Position numbers and translations under genes: made by a program. A model generated the notes under the pieces. That model saw nothing but the letters and a program-made list of their open reading frames with translations, searched no databases and had not been told where the DNA came from. A stretch of 63,990 nucleotides of DNA, counting the filler, from an uncultured Methanosarcinales archaeon (GTDB lineage: Archaea > Nanobdellota > Nanobdellia > Woesearchaeales > CAYPCY01): assembly GCA_964409385.1 (NCBI GenBank). It is 7 parts of 5 records of this genome, joined end to end, with 100 filler letters (N's around TTAATTAATTAA, not from the genome) between each part and the next. Parts side by side here need not be neighbours in the genome. Positions count along the whole stretch, not along the records: positions 11,898 to 17,230 come from CAYPCY010000002.1; positions 17,331 to 19,214 come from CAYPCY010000003.1; positions 19,315 to 32,281 come from CAYPCY010000003.1; 4 more parts are not named here. The stretch is one strand, 5' to 3'. This document shows positions 11,898 through 22,215 of this stretch, one piece after another (position 1 is the first letter of the stretch; each line of letters opens with the position of its first letter).

Positions 11898-12121
11898 TTA
11901 AAATTTTTATTACTGGTGATCATGGTAATGCTGAGAAGATGTCTGATAAGAAGCATAAGAGGTTGACTGCGCATACTTTGGCGAAGGTTCCTTTTTGTAT
12001 TGTTGATAGGAGGAAGTTTAAATTGAGTCAGGGTAGATTGTCTGATGTTGTTCCTACTATTCTTGATGTTTATGATTTGCCTAAGCCTGTTGAGATGAGT
12101 GGTAAGTCTTTAATTTCTTAA
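11898..12121 (+). CDS. gpmI: Cofactor-independent phosphoglycerate mutase, C-terminal fragment
   Basis: Open from the gap: ITGDHGNAEKM...TAHT...VPF...GRLSDVVPTIL......P.EMSGKSLI. Confidence 0.85.
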
Positions 12122-12153
12122 ACTTTATAAAATTCTTATTGTTTCTTTATTTT

Positions 12154-12567
12154 ATGATTGTTGAGTTGTTTGAGTATAAGAAGGCGTTAAATCCTGATAT
12201 TTTATCTGTTCATTTGGGGCCTTGTGTTGGTGTGTCTATTTATAATAATTTGTCTAAGAATGGGTTTCTTGGTCATTTTGTTTCTGAATTGGATGATTCT
12301 GATAGTATGTTTAGGGAGGCTTCTTGTTTTGGAACTTCTAATTTGGAAGTGGTTCTTGCGGGGGGTAGTATTTCGGATGATATGGGTTTGAGAGAGGCTG
12401 GTATTGTTCTTAATAATAGGGAGCATTTGTATGCTAGTTTGAGAAAATTTGGAATTCCTGATGATAAAATACTTATGAATTTTGCTGATAAGAATATTGT
12501 TACTGATATGACTTTATATACTAGTAATGGTTTTGTTGAGGTTAATTGTGAATATTTCAAGTTTTGA
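12154..12567 (+). CDS. CheD-like deamidase-fold protein
   Basis: LGPCVGV.IY......G.LGHF and V.LAGG motifs resemble the CheD Cys/His active site. Confidence 0.5.
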   Translation: MIVELFEYKKALNPDILSVHLGPCVGVSIYNNLSKNGFLGHFVSELDDSDSMFREASCFGTSNLEVVLAGGSISDDMGLREAGIVLNNREHLYASLRKFGIPDDKILMNFADKNIVTDMTLYTSNGFVEVNCEYFKF

Positions 12568-13213
12568 GGATGTTATTCCTCCTAAGGTGTTTTCTTTAGT
12601 TTCTAGTCTTGGTTTTGAAGAGTTTAGGCCTTCTCAGTTTAAGGCTGTACAGCAGGGATTATTTGATTGTAATAATTTGTTAGTTTGTACTCCTACTGCT
12701 TCGGGTAAGACTTTGGTTGGGGAGTTGGCTTTCTTGAATGGGATTTTTGAAAGGTGTGGTAAGGCTATTTATGTTGTTCCTTTGAAGGCTTTAGCTTCTG
12801 AAAAGTATAAGGAGTTTAGGAAGAAATATCCTGAATTGAAAGTTGTTGTTAGTCTTGGGGATTTGGATTCTGAAGATATTTATTTGGAGACTTATGATTT
12901 GATTATTACTACTTCTGAAAAGTTGGATTCTTTATTGAGGCATAAGGCCCCGTGGATTTCTAGTGTTAATACTTTGATTGTTGATGAGATTCATTTGCTT
13001 AATGATATTAGTAGGGGTCCTACTCTTGAGGTTGTTATTACTCTTTTGAGAATGTTAGTTAGGGAATTGCAGATTGTTGGATTGTCTGCTACTATTGGTA
13101 ATCCTGAAGAGTTGGCTTCTTGGCTTGATGCAGAACTTGTTGTTGATTATTGGCGTCCTGTCAGGTTGAAACAGGGTGTTTTCTTGGATGGGAAAATTAA
13201 GTTTATTGAATGA
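12527..13213 (+). CDS. Ski2/Hel308-like helicase, RecA1 (DExH) domain only
   Basis: Q motif RPSQ, PTASGKT, VPLKALA, TSEKLD, DEIH, RGPTLE, LSAT, WRPV, then stop at 228 aa. Confidence 0.85.
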   Translation: MVLLRLIVNISSFEDVIPPKVFSLVSSLGFEEFRPSQFKAVQQGLFDCNNLLVCTPTASGKTLVGELAFLNGIFERCGKAIYVVPLKALASEKYKEFRKKYPELKVVVSLGDLDSEDIYLETYDLIITTSEKLDSLLRHKAPWISSVNTLIVDEIHLLNDISRGPTLEVVITLLRMLVRELQIVGLSATIGNPEELASWLDAELVVDYWRPVRLKQGVFLDGKIKFIE

Positions 13214-14254
13214 TTATTTTTTCATGTGTATATCTCTTTGTGGGAATGGTATTTCTATCTTGTTTTTGTTTAGTGTGTTGTAGATTAGTGTGTTTGCTTG
13301 ATCTTTTGCTGACCATTTATTATTGTAGTTGTTCACCCAGAAGTATGCTTTGAAGTTTAGGCTTGAGTCTGCCATTTCTAGGAATCGTACCATTGGCTTT
13401 TTTTCTTTCATTAGGTCTTTTACTTTGTTTATTTCTTTTATGATGAGTTGTTTTATTTGTTTTATGTCTGACCCGTATGCTACTCCGAATGGTACTACTA
13501 CTCTTGCTGATAGGTCTGGTAGTACGTAATTTTTGATTTGGCTTTCTGATAGTTTTCCGTTTGGTATTATTATTAGTTCATTATCGAAGGTTCTTATTTT
13601 TGTACTTCTTAATCCTACATCTTCTATCTCTCCCATTATTCCGTTTTCTAATTCTATCACATCGTGTACTTTTGCTGTCTTGTCCATGACCATTGATATT
13701 CCGCCGAATATGTTTCCTAGTGCGTTTTGTAGTGCGAAGGCTACTGCTAATCCTGCTATTCCTAGACTGGCGATTAATGGTCCTATTTGTATATTCCATG
13801 ATTGTAGTATGAATAGGATTGCTAGGATGTAGATTATTATTTTTGCGAATTTGTCTGTCATTCTTACTAGTTGGGTGTTCATTGCAGACTTTGATTTTTT
13901 GAAGATTGTTTTGCTCCATCCAGTGATTAGTATGGATATTATTTTGACTGTCATTGCTGTCACTGCGAGTATGATTAGTGTGTTTATTCCTTTTTGGGAA
14001 TATTCTAGGTATGAATTTGTTAATACTATTCCTATGCTTATTTTTAGGCCTATTAGTAGGAGTAGTTTGGATATGCTCTTGTCTACGGCAGTGAATATTT
14101 TGTCGTCAATATCTGTTTTTGTCTTTTCAAACAGTTTTTTTACGTATGCTTCTAGGAAGTATATTAAAATTCTAGTTCCTAGGTAGAATGAGATTAGTAT
14201 TGTTAATGCGTATGCGTACTTGTTTTGTGTTATTAGATTTAGTAGTTGTTCCAT
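13214..14254 (-). CDS. mscS: Small-conductance mechanosensitive channel
   Basis: LIASLGIAGLAVAFALQ, G.IEDVGLRSTKI, IPN, VAYGSD, IEIPFPQRD; start set at MEQLL. Confidence 0.9.
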   Translation of the reverse strand: MEQLLNLITQNKYAYALTILISFYLGTRILIYFLEAYVKKLFEKTKTDIDDKIFTAVDKSISKLLLLIGLKISIGIVLTNSYLEYSQKGINTLIILAVTAMTVKIISILITGWSKTIFKKSKSAMNTQLVRMTDKFAKIIIYILAILFILQSWNIQIGPLIASLGIAGLAVAFALQNALGNIFGGISMVMDKTAKVHDVIELENGIMGEIEDVGLRSTKIRTFDNELIIIPNGKLSESQIKNYVLPDLSARVVVPFGVAYGSDIKQIKQLIIKEINKVKDLMKEKKPMVRFLEMADSSLNFKAYFWVNNYNNKWSAKDQANTLIYNTLNKNKIEIPFPQRDIHMKK

Positions 14255-14333
14255 ATGATAAGAATATTTCTTTGTTTTGTATTTAAAACTTGTGTTAGTT
14301 AAGTTTATCAAGAAGTATTGTTTTAGTTTTTTT

Positions 14334-14666
14334 ATGTCTATTGATGATTTAGTTTATGATAAGGGTTATTTTTCTAGGTCTGATGATTTAGTGTATAAGT
14401 CTTATGATACTTTGAATATTCCTGACTTTTACATTCACATTCCTAGGAAGACTTTGATTGTTTCTAAGCCTGACTTTGCTAAACAGCCTGGATTGTATGG
14501 TGAGAATTATACTGAAATGGGTATTATTGAGATTAGTAGTGGTGATCAGGATACTTTAGTTCATGAGATTGTTCATTTTCACAAGCAGAATTTACAAAAC
14601 TATAATCTTGAAGAGGTTGAGACTAGAAGACAGACTAGGGATTATATGAATTTGTTTTATGGTTGA
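14334..14666 (+). CDS. Small zincin-like hypothetical protein
   Basis: TLVHEIVH (HExxH) followed by E; start set at MSIDD to avoid overlap with mscS. Confidence 0.5.
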   Translation: MSIDDLVYDKGYFSRSDDLVYKSYDTLNIPDFYIHIPRKTLIVSKPDFAKQPGLYGENYTEMGIIEISSGDQDTLVHEIVHFHKQNLQNYNLEEVETRRQTRDYMNLFYG

Positions 14667-15059
14667 TTATTTTTCTTCCTTGAAGCAACTATAAGTAGGT
14701 TCATTACGATCATTTACTGTGCAAGAAGGAGGATAGGTGGTGCCATCATCATTAGTACAGTATAGTGAAGTTTCACCACCACAAGGATCTAAAACTTGAT
14801 CATCTGTACAGCACGGATGTGTTGATTCAGGTGCACAATTTACATCTGCACATTCATCATTTACTTGAACTTTTGGTGCTTTATTTCCACCAAATGCTTC
14901 TCCGCTTAGATTTCCTGTGTTCATGAACATAATAATAAGACCTACTACTGCGACTATGGCTACTATTGCCATCATTTCAAAACCGTGATCGTGTTGGTTA
15001 TTTGTTCCTTTTGAAGAATTAACCTTAGAAATCTTTGATTTCTTTTGTTTCTTTGCCAT
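14667..15059 (-). CDS. Membrane-anchored Cys-rich surface protein (paralog A)
   Basis: One TM FEMMAIVAIVAVVGLIIMFMNTGNLSGEAF, then a Cys-rich domain. Confidence 0.65.
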   Translation of the reverse strand: MAKKQKKSKISKVNSSKGTNNQHDHGFEMMAIVAIVAVVGLIIMFMNTGNLSGEAFGGNKAPKVQVNDECADVNCAPESTHPCCTDDQVLDPCGGETSLYCTNDDGTTYPPSCTVNDRNEPTYSCFKEEK

Positions 15060-15113
15060 AACGTTACTTTTAAATTTCTATTATTTAAACTTTTCGATTA
15101 TTTATTAGGAGGA

Positions 15114-15542
15114 TTAAGTAACTATTTGGTAGCATTCTGTTTTTTTATTGCATAATGAATTGCCAGTTACGCCATCACCTGATGGCCATGATGGATTATT
15201 TCCTGACCATCCATCTTGATCATATACAACAAAAGATGTTCCGTCTTTACATACTGCTCTTCTATCAAAACTTCCGCCATCTTTATCATCTGGTCCCCAG
15301 ATTGTGGAACAAGTATTGCCTGTATTATCATTTACCCAAATCCCGCCAGAAGTTGTTGTTAGGACTTCAATATGCGAACATTCAGAGTCTGAATTGGAGG
15401 AGATCATTCTATCTGATTCTCTTTTAAATGCTTCTCCGCTTAGATTTCCTGTGTTCATGAACATCATTATAAGGCCAACTACTGCGACTATGGCTACTAT
15501 TGCCATCATTTCGAATCTGTGATTATGTTGTTTCTTAGTCAT
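15114..15542 (-). CDS. Membrane-anchored Cys-containing surface protein (paralog B)
   Basis: Same TM cassette as 14667..15059, unrelated C-terminus. Confidence 0.65.
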   Translation of the reverse strand: MTKKQHNHRFEMMAIVAIVAVVGLIMMFMNTGNLSGEAFKRESDRMISSNSDSECSHIEVLTTTSGGIWVNDNTGNTCSTIWGPDDKDGGSFDRRAVCKDGTSFVVYDQDGWSGNNPSWPSGDGVTGNSLCNKKTECYQIVT

Positions 15543-15578
15543 TACTTTATTATTTAAACTTTTAATATAAAAAATTTC

Positions 15579-16286
15579 CTACAACAATCCATAATATACT
15601 TCTTTCTTTCCTTTTAGGATTTTTACATTATATGTGGCGGGTAGTAATTTACTTAGGTTGTTTTCAATCATTTTTAAGTTTAGAAATTTAGCTAATCCTC
15701 CTCCTAGGTAGATTGCTTCTGGATCAAATAGCATTACTAGATTGTATAATTCTCTTGTGAGTATTGTATGATAATATTTTTTGTTATTTTTTATTTCGTT
15801 TGGTATTCCTTCTCGGCCTACTTTTTGTTCCATTGTGCTTCCTGAGAGTAAGTCTTCAAATTTCTTATTTAGAAAGTATGTATGTCCTAGTTCTCCTGCT
15901 AGTCCATTCCCGGTATATAATTTTTCATTAATTACTATTCCCATTCCTATTCCTGTTCCTATGGTTATTGCTAGGTAATTCTTATAATTGCCTTTTTGTG
16001 CTAGTGCGTATGCGTTTGCATCGTTCATTACTGTTTTAAAACCAAATTCTTTTTGTAGATCTATTCCTTCTAAATAGGGAATGTGGTAGTTTCTCCACAT
16101 TATTCCTTTCTTTACAAATCCTGCAATGGCAATTTTTACTTCTCCATTCCATGTTTTAATTTCAGAAATTAGTTTTTTGAACTTTTCAAAGTTTTTAGGA
16201 GTTTCAAACCTTTCTTTTCTAATTATGTTTCCCTTCTCAAATTTTACAGCGTCTATTTTACTAGCGCCAATATCTAGTGTGATCAT
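15579..16286 (-). CDS. ROK family sugar kinase
   Basis: LDIGASKI, NDANAYAL, TIGTGIG.G, G.AGELGH, LGGG. Confidence 0.85.
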   Translation of the reverse strand: MITLDIGASKIDAVKFEKGNIIRKERFETPKNFEKFKKLISEIKTWNGEVKIAIAGFVKKGIMWRNYHIPYLEGIDLQKEFGFKTVMNDANAYALAQKGNYKNYLAITIGTGIGMGIVINEKLYTGNGLAGELGHTYFLNKKFEDLLSGSTMEQKVGREGIPNEIKNNKKYYHTILTRELYNLVMLFDPEAIYLGGGLAKFLNLKMIENNLSKLLPATYNVKILKGKKEVYYGLL

Positions 16287-16304
16287 AAGAATTATTTATA
16301 AAAA

Positions 16305-17042
16305 CTAGTTAATATATTTTTCTAGAATGGTATTCACTTTTTCTAATAGCTCTTTATCGTTTCCGTATGTTCCTATTTCTATTATTGGGGAGTTGGTCTC
16401 GACTTGTTTATAATGTGTTAGTAGTTCTTGGTCTAGCGAGTGTTCATAACTTGATAGTTTAGGTATTCCAGTTAGTATTTTATGATGTTTTGTTGTTTTG
16501 TTTTTGTTCAGAACTAACACTCCGTCTACATTTCCTTGATTATTGTCGGTTTCTATTCTTAAGTTTCCTTGTGTCTCATATCCTTTTTTTGTTATGCTTC
16601 TCATTTCATTTTTGGAGACTAGTAGGATGTCATCATCTATTATTTTTTCTTCTAGTAAGGATGAGATTCTTGTTTTTCCACTTCCTGAATTTCCAACTAT
16701 TAATATGCCTTTATCTCGGTATATGATTCCTGAAGAGTGGCTGAACCTGTATTCTCTTGAGTGTTGTCCTGCTAGGTATCCTACCGCTGCAGTGAATGTT
16801 AATAGTTCTAAGTAATTATTGATTATTGGCAGTTTTAGAGTATTATTTTCTAGTTCTGGCCAGTAATTGTGGTATGCGGGAAATCCCAGTTCTACTTTTA
16901 TTTTCGTATCTGGTGTTTCACTTGTTAGGTTGAAATATTCTCCTAGTTCTTCTGTGAATCTTGGTGTTTTTGAATGAAAAGTTAATTTGTTGGTTAAGAA
17001 TTCTACGCTTATATTCACGTCAGCTGTTTGGATGGTTTTCAT
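16305..17042 (-). CDS. HPr-kinase-related P-loop protein
   Basis: HSSGI....KGILIVGNSGSGKT...IIDDD matches the HprK/PEPCK-like His, Walker A, DD arrangement. Confidence 0.6.
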   Translation of the reverse strand: MKTIQTADVNISVEFLTNKLTFHSKTPRFTEELGEYFNLTSETPDTKIKVELGFPAYHNYWPELENNTLKLPIINNYLELLTFTAAVGYLAGQHSREYRFSHSSGIIYRDKGILIVGNSGSGKTRISSLLEEKIIDDDILLVSKNEMRSITKKGYETQGNLRIETDNNQGNVDGVLVLNKNKTTKHHKILTGIPKLSSYEHSLDQELLTHYKQVETNSPIIEIGTYGNDKELLEKVNTILEKYIN

Positions 17043-17071
17043 AATTTTAAGAATGAGAACTTGTTTAAAAA

Positions 17072-17191
17072 TTATAGGTGAGTATACCTACATTGTGGAT
17101 TTCCTGTCATTCCCTTTCCACAACTGCATTTTCTTGACTTGTAGGGTTTGTTTTGGTATAGGTCGTTTTTTGTTTTGTAAATGTCTGTCAT
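17072..17191 (-). CDS. 39-aa basic Cys/His peptide (missed by the ORF track)
   Basis: MTDIYKTKNDLYQNKPYKSRKCSCGKGMTGNPQCRYTHL*; same strand, 29 nt upstream of the kinase. Confidence 0.4.
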   Translation of the reverse strand: MTDIYKTKNDLYQNKPYKSRKCSCGKGMTGNPQCRYTHL

Positions 17192-17230
17192 ATTTTGCTT
17201 TTTATAACTTTGTCACTAATTATTGCAGAA

Positions 17231-17330
17231 NNNNNNNNNNNNNNNNNNNNNNNNNNNNNNNNNNNNNNNNNNNNTTAATTAATTAANNNNNNNNNNNNNN
17301 NNNNNNNNNNNNNNNNNNNNNNNNNNNNNN
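17231..17330. other. Artificial contig linker
   Basis: N-run with TTAATTAATTAA. Confidence 0.98.
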
Positions 17331-17776
17331 TTACCAGACGCGGCAATCTTACCACCAACACCACCATTACCACCCGCCTTACCATAAGAACCACCACCAA
17401 CACCACCAAAACCAGCATTATCTAAAAAATTAGCCTGATTAGAAAAACCCAAACCATTAATAAAATGAAGCTTCCTCCCAGTATTAATTTTCAATTCTAA
17501 AAAGTAAAGAAACCCATTACTAATATCCAAATTTCTTAACGAAACATCAATAGTTTGAGAGTCATCTATCTCACAATCAAATTTATCATCCTCACTAAAA
17601 ATACAACGACATCTTAAATCATTCCCTTCATCATCAGAAGATGGTTGGTTACTACACCAAAGACCACCACCATAATTACAATCGGAAACAGTAGTATAAA
17701 CATTACAAGCATCAACAGTCCCCAAAGAAAAACTAGCCAATAATAAAACAACAATTAAAAAAAACAATTTTCTCAT
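17331..17776 (-). CDS. Secreted Cys- and Gly-rich protein, 3' truncated
   Basis: Signal peptide MRKLFFLIVVLLLASFSLG, Cys cluster, GGxGG repeats running into the gap. Confidence 0.6.
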
Positions 17777-19214
17777 CTTATAATAAACCCTCCCTCAATA
17801 AACAAATCATCAAAATACGCGGGCAAATCCAAACCATCACTATCAGTAGTAAAGTATTTATTAATAACTTTTCCCGGAACTCCAGTAACCACAAAACCGA
17901 CCTGATTATACATAACACCACCCATAATACTAGGACCTGCAATATGAGACGGCTTTCTAATATCCAATTCAGGTTTTATAACCTCCCTATAATTTCCAGG
18001 CTGAGGAGAATTAGAATAAGTCCCAACATTATCAATAATAGGAGACATTAAATTCTGCCTACCAGCCTTAGACTTAGCAACAGGAACCAAATCAATAACA
18101 CCAGAAGTCCTATCACAACCCAAATTAGAATCATACATTTCATAATCAATACTAGAATTCATACAAACCCCCAAATCATTACAAGCCTCCAAACTAGAAA
18201 GTCTCAAGCCGCCACCATAATTAGGAACACAAGCCATCTCCCCCTCAGGGAAAGGATGATAAAAATTACTAGATTCAAACTCACACTCCGCCCTAAAAGA
18301 ACAAACAGCATCAGTAAAATCACGAGAATTAGACCTTGAAAGAGAAACATCAGACAATGAAACAACACCCTCAACCTCCAAAGACAAAGTAGAATAACCA
18401 CCATTACTACCAACATAAACAACATCAGAATCAAAAGTTAAACTATTAATAGAATTTCCAGAAAGACCATTATCAAAATCATACAATAACCAAGTCGTGT
18501 CAAAAATTCCCAAACCATCAGATTGAGTTCCTGCCAATAATTTATCAGAAGACAAACCAACAGTCTGCACTAACTCACCAGGAACTCCAGAATTTGAAAA
18601 ATTATAAACATTCCAAGAACCATCAAAATAAACAATTCCCTTATTAGTCCCAGCCACAATCTTACCAGACTTATAAGACGCACTAGTTATTTCAGTCTCA
18701 AACCCATACTCAGAATCATCATACTTACTCCAAGAACTACCATCATAAACAACAATACCAATACTAGTACCCAAAGTTAAAACATCACCACCCTCAATAG
18801 AATTAATCGTTACATCATTCAAGTAAGAAGGGAAAACATCCACCAAACCACAACCAAACCCTGAATTAGCCTCACAATCACCAACAGAAACATCACTACA
18901 ATCATAATAAAAACTACCCTCACAAACAGTTGACGAACCACAAAAACTAGGACAATCACCAATAGAAAAAGAACTACAATCCACAACAGAATCACTACCT
19001 TCACAAATACTTGAAGAAGAACAACCAAAATCAGAAAATTCTGCACAATTAGCAATCACATCAGAACAAGAAAATGTGAAGTCTGGACTATTCTCCACAC
19101 AAACATCAGAAGAAGAACAATACTCCCCAGGACAAGAATCAGTCTCTGCATAATACTCTTCACAACCAATCGTGAAGTCAGACCCAGAACAAGATCCTTC
19201 AACACTACACGAAT
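17773..19214 (-). CDS. Large Cys-rich surface protein with beta-propeller-like repeats, 5' truncated
   Basis: Frame open to the gap; Cys-rich repeats, then GT..GI..YDG..W..Y...NSG repeats. Confidence 0.65.
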
Positions 19215-19314
19215 NNNNNNNNNNNNNNNNNNNNNNNNNNNNNNNNNNNNNNNNNNNNTTAATTAATTAANNNNNNNNNNNNNNNNNNNNNNNNNNNNNN
19301 NNNNNNNNNNNNNN
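19215..19314. other. Artificial contig linker
   Basis: N-run with TTAATTAATTAA. Confidence 0.98.
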
Positions 19315-21824
19315 GATGCAGAATAATTCTTAGGAATAACAACCTTATCCAAAACAACCTGTTGCGAACCCCTATTCTCCAAAGCAATATTAACATTACA
19401 AACAGTTAAATTAGTAATCTCCTGACAATTCCTCCAACCACCAACATAACTAGGCCAAGGGGAAATCCAAGAATTAGCCTGACGCTCAGAAGACAATTGA
19501 TTAACTTGAGAATAATAAGAATTCGCTTCAGAATCAGAAAATCCAAACCGGTCCTTCAACCTACCAACAGCATCCACTTGAGAAACACCCTTGATATTAG
19601 TATACATCCACGCCCTATCAAAATCCCACAATCCAAAATGAGCCCACACTCCAGCCTTACCAACCATATCCGCACTAGTAATGAAATAATCCTCAGGAGG
19701 ATCCTCACACTTAACCAAATTCAAAACTCTATCAACTTCAACAACATCATTATTTTCTAAAAAAATTCTTGCTTCACGCTTATTTAAAGGAAGAATACCA
19801 GCCAAAATATTCTGACTCTTCTCAGTATCCTGAAACTGTTCATTCAAAGCATCAAAAGCCTGATTACTAGAACAAACAAGCATCCTTAACGTACCAACAG
19901 AAACCTTCTCATCAGGACTCTGCAAAGCCAAACCCAACCAATGACTCCTAGGAGTATTCTGAGAAGCACCATCAGCAGTCACACCACGATCTGCCCAGAA
20001 CTTAAACCAATGACCAAAATCCCACCAAGAATTAATAATAGCATCCTCAGAAGATTCAAGCTTAATCTTCTCAAGAGTCTCAACCCACGCATCATTAATA
20101 GAAGGAGTATAAACCTGACCAGTCTTAATACCTGCAGAAACAGGAGTCCATAAAGAAAAAATAACAAGTAATAAAACAAAACCAGTGGCAAACTTCTTAT
20201 GAATCCCCAACTTCAAACCCCTAAAAATCTCATTAAGTTTACCAAAGAAAATACCTAATGCAATAGCAAAAGGAGGAACTAAGAAAATAATAAACCTAAC
20301 CCCCTGAGTCAAAGTATAGAAAGAAACAGCATACCAAACAAGAACAAAAAAAGCATATTTAGTATCAATCTCCCTATCCTTAATATAAATTAAAGCACCA
20401 GCAAGAACAGGTAATGAAAACAGAATAGCATAAACTAAAGGAGAAGAAGCCAAAGCAACCTTAGACAACATAAACAAATAAAACAAGGACGCACCAGTAA
20501 TAAAAACATAATCTTTAGACTTTAACTTTCTAGAAAATAAAGATAATAAAACACCCAAAGCAGTAAGGAAAAACAATAATTTACCAATCTTGCCCCCACC
20601 CAAAGAACTAATAGCATTAGGAATATTAGTAGGATTCAATTCAGCAACAGTAGTATAAACATTAGGCCACAAATCAGCCTTTGCAGCATCCAATAAAGAA
20701 GTAGTCTTTAAAGGAGACAAAGGACCATTAACAAACGAATCAAAACCAGAAAATAAACTAACAAAAACACAAGATGCAATAACAAAAATAAGTAATGCAG
20801 AAACATTTTCCACAAACAACTTATTCTTAATAGCAGCAGCAAAAGTCCTCTTAACCACTAATAATCTAATTAGAGAATAACCAAGATAAGCAATAATAGC
20901 AATAATAACAAGATCAAAGAAATACCACCAAACACCCCACATAAAACTAGCCAAACCAGTAGCAACACCTGCTAAAACAGAAAAAGTAACTCTCCTACCC
21001 CACGACTTAGAATCCACAGCTTCAAAAAACAACCAAATAAGTAATAAAGGTGCAATAATATGATACAAGTCAGTATCAGAACCTAAACTCCTGGAAAGAA
21101 ACATTTGACTTCCAGCAATTAACATGCCCGCAGTAAAACCACCAATATTCCCAGCAACCCTTCTGGTAAGGAAAAAAGCAGGAATTACACTTAACATACC
21201 AATAATAATCTGAACCCAAAAAGAAGAATTCCATAAAACCTGCTCCTTATTAAAAAAAGATAAAAATTTGTGAGTAAACACAATCATGTAAGGATGTAAA
21301 GTATTTGTCCTCATAGGTCTTCCTTCAGGCGACAGCATAAGATCATTCCAGCAAGTTCCATCATTCACACTATCACAAATAGTTCCCTTCTCAAGCATAT
21401 TCCTAGAATGTCTTAAATAATAATAAGAATCCAAATCACCCAAGTAAGTCGTTGAAGGTTTACCATCAATATAACGAAAACGATTCTTGAAATAACTAGC
21501 AGTATTACTAACTTGAGCAGAATACTCTCCCCCAGATGAACTAATCATTTCAGAAACTTGTTCATTAATCAACTTCTGTCTCTGCTCCAATGGCAAATTA
21601 GGATATTGAGAATTAATCTGCTGAGCAACCTGATTTTCAACACTATTATAAACAGAACTTTCAGCCCAATCATCAACAGAAGGCAAATACATAGGTTGAA
21701 TCCTAATAAAAAAAGCCAGGAATAAAGGAATTAATAATGCAATAATAGTAATCCATTTCTTATTAGAAAAATTAAGTTTCTTCAAAAAAGAAAAATTAAG
21801 CTCGAATTCATCATCTTTAGACAT
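19315..21824 (-). CDS. aglB: Oligosaccharyltransferase AglB (STT3 family), 3' truncated
   Basis: DLDSYYYLR, multiple TM segments, TVAE, SWWDFGHW, DMVGK. Confidence 0.92.
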
Positions 21825-21887
21825 TAAAACCCCCTATTCTTAGCGAGAGGGGTAAACTATTTAAATAATTTATCCTAATCAAGAACT

Positions 21888-22211
21888 ATGAGTCCAATAC
21901 AAATAATAGTTATTTTGTTTTCCTTATTTGCAATATCAAGAGTTATTTTAAGGTTTAAAGATAGAAGTGTAACATTACAATCGCTATTTTTTTGGGTTAT
22001 TTTATGGATGGCAACAGTATTATTTGTTATGTTACCAAGGACTGCAAGTATACTTACAAATTTCTTTGGAGTAGGACGAGGTGCAGATCTACTAATTTAT
22101 TTAAGCATAATTTTATTGTTTTATTTAATCTTCAAAATTTACGTGAAAATAGATAATTTAAATAAAGAAATAACAAAAGCAGTAAGGAAAGAAAGTTTGG
22201 GGAAAAAATAA
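21888..22211 (+). CDS. DUF2304-like membrane protein of glycosylation loci
   Basis: Three TM, W...W, FGVGRGADL..Y, I..L...IT..VR. Confidence 0.75.
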   Translation: MSPIQIIVILFSLFAISRVILRFKDRSVTLQSLFFWVILWMATVLFVMLPRTASILTNFFGVGRGADLLIYLSIILLFYLIFKIYVKIDNLNKEITKAVRKESLGKK

Positions 22212-22215
22212 AATT

